DNA of 64,000 bases from Octopus bimaculoides (Eukaryota). Shown here one piece after another: positions 55,426 through 64,000 of this stretch. Under the pieces are notes generated by a model. That model was not told where the DNA came from. It searched no databases and saw only the letters and a list, made by a program, of their open reading frames with translations. The translations under genes were made by a program, and so were the position numbers. Positions within the stretch are counted from its first letter, which is position 1, and every line of letters begins with the position of its first letter. The stretch covers positions 3,729,475 to 3,793,474 of the forward strand of contig NC_068993.1 of NCBI RefSeq assembly GCF_001194135.2, given 5' to 3'.

Positions 55426-56024
55426 GGCTGATAGATAGAAATATACTTATATAAATAATAAATACATTCATTCGTGCGTTTAGCGTGCACCATCACGGAA
55501 ATATATATAATTTAGTGAAATAAAGTTGAAGGTGAGAAAGACTTTGAATGAATTTGGGGTACGTGCACTTATCTGTTAAAAGAAATTAAATAAATTTTTA
55601 CTTGTTAGAAAAGACCAAAGTATATATAAAAATAATCAAAAATCGTCAAAAATAATCAATTAAGTAAATAGCAATGATATTAGTAATCTGTTTTTTTAAA
55701 TAGTCATTGCTTTAAAATCAATGAAATAAATGGCCTGGAGGGCTCACGTTTGCAATCATAACACACGCTCATTAGATGCAGGTACAGCTAGGAAACAGTG
55801 CACTTTATTTATCATCATTTAATTGTCAATTGAAAAACTATCAGTTAATTCAAGGTGTATTAGGTACAATAGCCATCCATAAATAACAAGAAAGCTTCAA
55901 ATTAAAAGGGGTATTAATGAATGATAAAAGTAGAAAAGTAATTAAGTATATTCAGAAAGGGTTTTTACATTTGGTTGTCATCACCCGTAATTCTTTTATC
56001 GTTTATCTTTCACTTGTTCCAGAC

Positions 56025-56314
56025 CATGTGTAGTTGCCATGTTAGGATTTGAAAAGTTTTAATTCGAACGAATCAACACCAGTCCTTAAAATTGTAAGCC
56101 AGGTACTATTTCTATCAGTCTCTTGTGCCAAGTTTTGAGATACATGGATGTAAGCAAACCAACACTAGTTTCCAAGAGATGGTCGGGACGAAAGACGAAA
56201 CCAAACATACAGATACGAATATAGATAGACACAGGCTTCATTCAGTTTCCAGCTACCAAATCTATTGAAAAGCATTTGGTCTGCCTGGGGATAAGGCAGA
56301 AGATGGAACCATGA
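56025..56314 (-). mobile_element. Decayed SINE body (family of 9390/43015)
   Basis: caggcttcattcagtttccagctaccaaatctattgaaaagcatttggtctgcc...gcagaagat parallels the other copies. The head is mostly deleted. Confidence 0.65.
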
Positions 56315-56343
56315 GCCTATAGCATCTAAAATTTGAGGGACGC

Positions 56344-56415
56344 TGACGTAATCAGGATTAGAACTTGACTTTCCACAGTCACAATGTAGGGTGCTGGTCA
56401 CTAGACGATAACGTC
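56344..56415 (-). pseudogene. tRNA-His(GTG) pseudogene or divergent gene
   Basis: 72-nt minus-strand GACGTTATCGTCTAGTGACCAGCACCCTACATTGTGACTGTGGAAAGTCAAGTTCTAATCCTGATTACGTCA aligns without gaps to invertebrate tRNA-His as I recall it. Acceptor stem 6/7, anticodon stem 5/5 (one G-U), T-stem 4/5. D-loop GG reads GA and T-loop reads TTCTAAT. TTTT lies ~12 nt downstream. Confidence 0.85.
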
Positions 56416-57488
56416 CATGAGCAAAATGGCTTTTCGCGCATTTATTTTGTATTCCGCTTTAGTGATAGAATAGCGACACCTCCCAGGTACAGCGTTGGGC
56501 TCTCCAGCACTAGCATGTGTAAGTGGAAACATCCCAGGTTTCATGGTTTGTATACCAAGACGTTTTGTATAATTGAAAGGCATTGGGTAAATCTTCAAAC
56601 GAACAATATGCACGAGGTAGACGTGAACCAATGGAATAATAATTTACTGAACAGAAGTGTAAAAGTTTGTTATACAGTTTTCGTTCTCTCTTTTGCAAAA
56701 CGGGTAAATGATAACTGGATGTATCCAAACTTAATACATGCTAACAATCTGCTCAGATATGTTTTGCAGCAGTGAAAACCTGTAACTTTATGTACAGAAA
56801 AGAAAGAACAAGAAGAAACAAGTATTTATATAAGTTTATCTAAACATTTCTTAATGCAGTGATTACAATAATCCATTTAGTTCGATATTTTGATACTCAA
56901 TGTTATTTTGTTTTATTCGGTTATTGAAAAGGAAAAATAAGGTACATCATCATCATTATTATTATTATTATTTTTATCTTTATTATTATTATTACTATTA
57001 TTATTATTGGTTGTTTCTTTAATGATTTATCAGTAGAAATATCTCGGCCTCTGTATTTAAAGTGTACGATGAAATGGTTTAAAGCACATTAGTAACAAAA
57101 AGCTGATTAAGAAACCGTCATTAAAATACATTCCTTTCAATTACAAACTATGTAAACATGTCTGGAAAATAAATAGAGATGATTTATGTTCTTTTAAAAA
57201 ATATGAGTTCGTTTGCATGTACATATTTTACTAATTTCTGTCAATGAACCAAGCAATGCTGCAACATGCACTTTAAATTTTTCGATTACCGTATATTCAC
57301 ACACTCCGTCAAACACACAAAATGTCGATTCAATAACGGCTTTTCATTAAAAAATATTGGTAACTAGACATCTACAGTAGAAGATATGTGCTCAAGTTAA
57401 TTGTCAGATACTCATACACACATTAACACACACACACATGTACGTATGTATGTGTATGTATATATATATAAAGAGAGAGAGAGAAATA

Positions 57489-57489
57489 A

Positions 57490-57564
<75 letters not shown>
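57489..57564. repeat. (GATA)n microsatellite
   Basis: Direct reading. Confidence 0.95.
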
Positions 57565-58974
57565 TATTGATATACCCATTTAATGCTAGCTGTTGGACAA
57601 AAGAGTACTTAGTATCATATAACTGAGTCTATTTTTATTTTGCTCTAGATTCCAGGTGAATTGATGTATATGTTTTAGTAAAATATAGAACCGCTGTGGA
57701 GTTTAAGTCGTATGCTATATCTGATCTTAATTTTATAATGAATTATTTTAAAAATTAACATTATGGAAATGCGGGTGGCTTGTTATTTATGTTTTTATGT
57801 TATTGAATATTTTCTTCTTAACGATCTTAATCGCAGACATTCAACAGGCCACTCGGTGGTGCACTGCATTCCCACCGACGACAAGAACATGGAGGTGTCT
57901 GTCTATTAAAGGCCAGAACATATAATAACAAAAAAAGATTTTCTATGGCGTCGTGGATCGTGACAAAATGTGCATATTAGGCTCTTTACAGTTATTGAGA
58001 TATAAATGTAATTTGTGTGTAGTTCGCCTCCTCCCCAAAATTACAAGTTATGCACCTGTAGTAGAAAGGATTGACAATAATATGCACACCTATATTTTGA
58101 CCGGAAATTTAGATTTAAGTATGGTTTTTGTTTTAGGATATCGACTTACGTAGTCATACTTATCATCCAATGTTTGTAGAGAAATAAACACATCTGTATT
58201 CAATCACTTCAGCGTCCCAAACAAAGATCGATTGTGAGGGAATGGTATGAGGAAAACAACCTATAAATCATTCATACTAGAGTTATACATATGTATGTCT
58301 ATATGCATGTTCATTTTTGTAGTTGTTTTGTTACTAAATTATATGTGTGTATGTGTGTAGGATTATATGTATTTTTATTTATTATGTACAAAGTGTTGCC
58401 AATCTCTTCACATTTACTATCAACTATGAAAGCAAACAGATTGAATTTCACACGAAATACATAGTAAATACATGCATTTACTATGAACCATATAAAAACA
58501 AAACAAAACTTTTCAAGCTGAAAGAATTGTATTTACATACACACATAACCACACATATCCCTACATACATCTACCACTCTCTCCATATATATATATGCGT
58601 ATACATACATGCTTATTTATATATATATAAAGACTCGTCTATGTGAGTGTAGGTACATGTGCGGCAGTGAGCGGACTTCTCTTAAGAGCAAAACAAAAAT
58701 AAAATCATAGTTGTTATGTGTAAATGATCTGCAAAAGTAAAATGGAAGTTTATACCAGATCAGGAAATTAAGGAGCTTAAAAAAGCAAATGGAGGAAAAG
58801 TATTTCTATCACAGTTTTAAGAAAGTGAATTTTAAATTCCATTTGTTATTTCGATGTCTCTAAAGTAGTTATTCAGACGGAAAATACAAAGAGCCGAAAA
58901 GTAACCTTATAGTAAATACATGTCGAATTATATATATATATATAATACATTCTAATGTTTTATTACTACATTAA

Positions 58975-59111
58975 TCTTCTTCTTCTTCTTCTTCTTCTTC
59001 TTCTTCTTCTTCTTCTTCTTCTTCTTCTTCTTCTTCTTCTTCTTCTTCTTCTTCTTCTTCTTCTTCTTCTTCTTCTTCTTCTTCTTCTTCTTCTTCTTCT
59101 TCTTCTTCTTC
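58975..59111. repeat. Pure (TTC)n tract, about 45 units
   Basis: Direct reading; explains the poly-K and poly-L ORFs. Confidence 0.97.
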
Positions 59112-59689
59112 CCGCCGTCGTCCTTCTTCTTATACTTTCTGTTATTTTGTTTTATATGAGATTTCCCAAGTCTCACCCAGAGACCTCAAAAAATAGCAAG
59201 TAAGATGTTTTACCGCGTGTGTTATTTATAAATAGCAATCATATATTTCATGGGAAAGAGCCGAAATACAGAAAATCCAGAATACGTTAGAAGTCTCTTT
59301 TTCTTTTTCCTCCGTAGTATATGTGTCTTTAATTCTCATATTTCAGGTTAACGTTATATTTCTTGGATGTCATACGAACAAATGTAGGTTTGATACGTTT
59401 GAAATTCCTATTATGTGAGCATATTTTTCAAGACTCTTGTTTGATTTTATCAGCAATGTTTCTTTAATGAGTGGTACTCTTCCTTCTTATATGACACAAT
59501 TGTTTTAGTATAAGTAGTAGTTTTAGTAGTAATAGTTGTAGTAGTAGTAGATGTTGTTGTTGTTGCTGCTGCTGTAGGTTTTCAGGACAATATTTTGGTA
59601 AAGACAACTATATGAGCACCAAGCAAACATTACAGGAGTTTTGATTAGCTTCTTCTTGCCAGCAACTACTTTCAAAGTTTTTTACTTTT

Positions 59690-60150
59690 GCAAAAAATAA
59701 TTTACAAATTTATCCTTCATCCATCTTCAACTGCTTACATGATTTTGATTGTTTTTTTCTGTCTTATGTTTCTATGTCTGTCATTCCATGATCTCTGCTA
59801 AACTCATTATGGAATTACATGGTTTTATGTATTTTAATATCTGACTTAGTACATTCCACAATTTTTCTCTATTTTTTCAGACGTTTTTTTTTACAATACC
59901 AATTCTGTCCATATAAAAAGTAACATATCTGATTCTTTTAATTTTTATTTTTCCTGGTCCAACCATCCATCTGTTAATCTTGTGCGATTCTCCAAATATT
60001 ATTCAAAATTCCCACTCAGATTAGTTTTTCTTTCTTCCACTGTGATGTTTTTCCATTCCACCTGGGATTTACAATACTAAAAGATTTTAGAACAATTCCA
60101 TCATGCTTTCCCAGAGGAACGGCTAGAAACATTGATGCATTATCCTACAG
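59690..60150 (-). mobile_element. Possible very old RTE-like LINE relic
   Basis: Fragments ILNNIWR, FLYGQNWYCKKKRLKK and LKYI...SLAEIME...RWMKD occur in RTE order (..NNIWK, LLYG.ETW, LKYFGH..SL.K.IM.G...RW.D). Very degenerate. Confidence 0.4.
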
Positions 60151-61624
60151 TTCCAAGTATTATTTAAAATTCAAACTTTTCTCTCTTTTTCTCTGGCAGT
60201 CACAGCATTGCGTTACTGTCAAATTCCAGCTGTTTTACATTCCTCTTATTCTTTACATATTTTCATTTGTTGCTATGTATTAACACAAGAATTTTTTTGA
60301 GGAAGTGAAGTTGCCATATAATTATCGAAAACTGATAAAAATCTAAATTTAAAATACACTCCCACACACACACACACACACAACCACAAGCACATGCACA
60401 CAGACTTACATGCACACATGCACATACATACATCAATCACTACATGGATACATTTATCATTTCTAATTTAGTTCTATACTGTGCTATATTTTTTTTATTC
60501 CAAAGGTTTCTCGTTCATTTGGTTTTCGCATCTCTACATTTAACTTCTTCTCCTAGCATCAGGCTACCTTTTCTTATCTCTGCTATTCTTTCTCTCAATC
60601 TTTTTTCTCTACATTTCTCTATCTATCTATGTTCCGCTTGATTTCCGTCATTCATTTCAAATTTCACTGAAATGCTTTTCATGCTTACGTCTACCTACTA
60701 GCCCGTTCATGTTATGATTATTAAAAACGTTGATCCACAACAAATGGAGCGTAGCTAAAGTTACAGATTGCCTGCGTTTACCCAACACGCAAAGGGCCAC
60801 GCTCAGTATAGTGCAATCCGAACCAGTCTGCTGCTAAAACTAGACAAGACTCGGATATAAATGCTAAGGGAGGATAATGTTAAGCTTTTTGTATGTGTAC
60901 AACATCAAGTTGTACGCTGATATGTAACTAGAAAGATTGCTACACTGCGTACACAGACTTAATTGAGTAATTGAAATCTAATTCTGATTAAAGAAATGCA
61001 TCAAGGGAAAATTAAATAGGAGTAAATAAAGTCAGAACAGTAATCATTTGTTAGTTAGAAACGAAATCTTAGTAAAAATAAATGACTTATTTGCTTATAA
61101 TCTAGCTTAACATAATACATGATGAAAATGAAAAAGGATGTTGGGAAAGAATTAATATATAAATATTTGAAAAAAAACAAAACAGAACTAAATGTAAAAT
61201 ATATGGTAACAATTTACAATATACTGATTGTCTTTCTGATAAATACTTTCTGATGCATTTTCAGCTTCATGATAAATGCTGTAAGAAGACCAAGCAGAAC
61301 GTCAATGTAAGTGTATTTAGAATGAACCAACAAAATTTTAACACGGTTTAATAATACATAATGCAGAAACATACAAGGAGAGTTCCTACGAAACTAGAAA
61401 ATTATTATGGCATATCCTCTGTTGGACTATGGCGATATCTTTTAAATCATAGCCAGAGAACAGAAATGCACATAAAGAGGAAATGCTTTTGCATTGAAGG
61501 AAGCCAAGAATTGCCAAAGACTATTCTACATTCCAAAATACAATAAAACACATGTCACCGAAGAGGAATGTGTAATTTGGGGTGGAGTAGGAACTCGTAT
61601 GAGACTGCTGAAAACACGGCGAGA

Positions 61625-61637
61625 AAATAATAATAAT

Positions 61638-61718
<81 letters not shown>

Positions 61719-61761
61719 TATAATAATAATTATAATAATAATAATAATAATAATGATGATA
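61625..61761. repeat. (AAT)n microsatellite
   Basis: Direct reading. Confidence 0.95.
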
Positions 61762-62219
61762 ATGACGGCGTTAACTACATGCTACTAGAATTCATGGCGA
61801 AATACGGAATTGAAAAGGTTCTTTTGTGTTATTGGAAACTCCACAATCTAAATGGTTTGCAGTAGTTTGATAAGCCGCAGAAGATAAAGGAAACATTAGG
61901 CAATAATGTCTAGCAATCTTATACCTCAACTAATACGAAATGAATTACCAGTTCCCTCTACGTAACTTGGCAACAGATTATCATGTTAATTAATATTGAT
62001 TTCTTTAGCCTCCATCTCTAATCTTTCTGGTTTAATAAACAATGTTTTATCAACGACAAGGACCAAACTAATGATAATTTAGATTTAGTAGAGCTAATCA
62101 GAATTTAGGTATCAATTGTATGAAAATATTGATTTTGGTGAAGGAGTTTCATTTTTAAGCACAGCACAGTTTTCTTGTATGAAGGATGAAGATATGTAGT
62201 TCAGTTTATAACCTGAAAC

Positions 62220-62310
62220 TATCTTATCGACCTTGGGGAGATAAAAGATTACGTGAACCTTTCTCTGAGTGGAATATTAGAATTGTGAAGTGTCGAAAAC
62301 ATTTTCCGCA
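62220..62310 (-). mobile_element. Decayed SINE fragment
   Basis: cttatcgaccttggggagataaaagattacgtgaacct resembles tttatcgaccccgaaaggatgaaaagtaaagtcgacct of the 43330 copy. Confidence 0.45.
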
Positions 62311-63051
62311 AAATCATTTAATTAAATTTGCAGCACCAATTTAATGTGCATCAATATATTGAGAAAATGCATGGATTTCCTTGACAAATCACAAAATTCT
62401 TTATGAATTAGTGTCTAAAATATTGTGGCATGCATACATTTCTGGAAAACGATTTCAGCATACATGAATGTAAGGTTTTATTTTTTCAGAAGGATAAAAA
62501 AAATCGGACAGCTAACCGCGGACAAAATGCATTCAGAATTGAATATCATGATTCCAGGGGTTACAAAAACCATATATTTGTTTTAAGGATGACGAAAACT
62601 GTTGCATATACATTACTTTGTTAAACGTATCAAACACTTACCTGCGAGCGATTCAATCAAGAATAATATAATTACATGTCGTTGGAGCCATACTGGTATT
62701 GCCGTTTTCTTAATAGTAGTGGGATGTGACCACCGGAATTAACAATAGCACTGGCGAATCTGACTTGAAGTATTAATTCAACTCAATTAAGTTCTGGTCT
62801 GAGTTCAGATTCGGTTGGGATTGAGTTAAACTGGTGTCTACTATTTCCATAAAATACAGTACTTTTCAAGTACGAAAGCAAAATAAACAATTATACACAT
62901 CTTCAAAATAAGGTCTCATATGTTTTTGTTGGAAAGCAATATTATGCTTTCAATCACAGATAAATGTACATACATGAAATCTCTCAAAGAACTGGCATTT
63001 GTGTTTCCTTGCATGATTATATGTACAAGAGTTATATACACTGGCCAATAC

Positions 63052-63114
<63 letters not shown>

Positions 63115-63120
63115 TATATT

Positions 63121-63235
63121 TTCTCAATGTAGATTTCGGAAATGATTTTTTTTTTAATAGGCACTTTCTTAAGCAATTTTTTTTTCAATAATCATTTCCT
63201 GTATATATTTTTTATATTTTTTGAGACACCTTGTA
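63121..63235 (-). mobile_element. Possible Tc1/mariner-type terminus
   Basis: Reverse complement begins TA-CAAGGTGTCTCAAAAAA, similar to TA-CAGGGTGTC-type TIRs. No clear partner TIR. Confidence 0.35.
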
Positions 63236-63884
63236 TACATACATACAGACGTACACTATATATGCATATATACAAACACATACTTAACCATACGTACACA
63301 AACGTATGAAGGAGATAAAGAGAGAAATCCATTCATTATTTAAGGTTTTGTTAAAACTAAAATCGAGGCATCTCAACATTTTTTAAGCTGTTTTAGACCG
63401 ATTCGTAATAACGTTATTTGTCTCTTAATGATTCCTTGTATCTTCTCTAATGACATAGATTGAAGGGATTATTTCTTTAGAAATATACAGTCACCTGAAC
63501 ATAAGCCGCTTGATAAAATTGCCAAATGTGAATGTGGTCAGTTTAGAATTATTCATGGATTTACCATTTTTAATTGGAAACATTTTGGGTTTTATAACTT
63601 CAGTATTTTACGTTATTTCAGTTTTATTTCATTGCGTTATTTTCCGTTGCTTTTCTTCCCGATAAAAGTTACCAAAAATTACGTACTAGTTTACTTTGGC
63701 TGTCTTTGAAAAATAATTTTTTTTATCTCGTTATTTATTTATATAACTATTTGTCTTATCATTTACTTTCAATATTCTGAGTTTATGAAAATATTTCTGA
63801 TGAAATTATATCAAATTATGATACACAAAAAATGATTTTTAGATGCTAATTTTGGTGCTGCTGCAGCACCAACAGGAACTTTTA

Positions 63885-63987
<103 letters not shown>

Positions 63988-64000
63988 TTAAAAGAAGAGT

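Noticed and set aside
56365-56775. 136-aa plus-strand ORF
   Set aside because: It starts inside the antisense tRNA-His relic and has no protein similarity that I can recognise.

Overview
AT-rich, microsatellite-saturated animal genomic DNA from a gapped short-read assembly, with about 15 N-gaps, most flanked by (TA)n-type repeats. The interspersed repeats look like octopus SINE families as I recall them; the species is not verified. I recognise no intact protein-coding gene, and there is no prokaryotic gene content or CRISPR array. Almost all ORFs in the track are translations of simple repeats or chance ORFs. Supported content: many tRNA-headed SINE copies and fragments, decayed LINE relics (RTE at ~47.1-47.8 kb, probable RTE at ~59.7-60.2 kb, a CR1/L2-type RT motif at ~26.75 kb), a hAT MITE with TIRs and an 8-bp TSD (49512-49944), and two decayed tRNA genes (CAT anticodon at 19460-19532, His-GTG at 56344-56415). 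The most interesting signal is three sequence-unrelated minimal type-I hammerhead ribozyme motifs (13238-13282 +, 27631-27665 -, 31684-31726 -) inside small repeats, with the architecture described for Penelope-like elements. Each has at least one damaging substitution. The motif class is known; whether these particular families are described could not be checked. A few well-formed minus-strand splice-site pairs suggest the window may be intronic or 5'-UTR territory of a gene or lncRNA, but this is weak.
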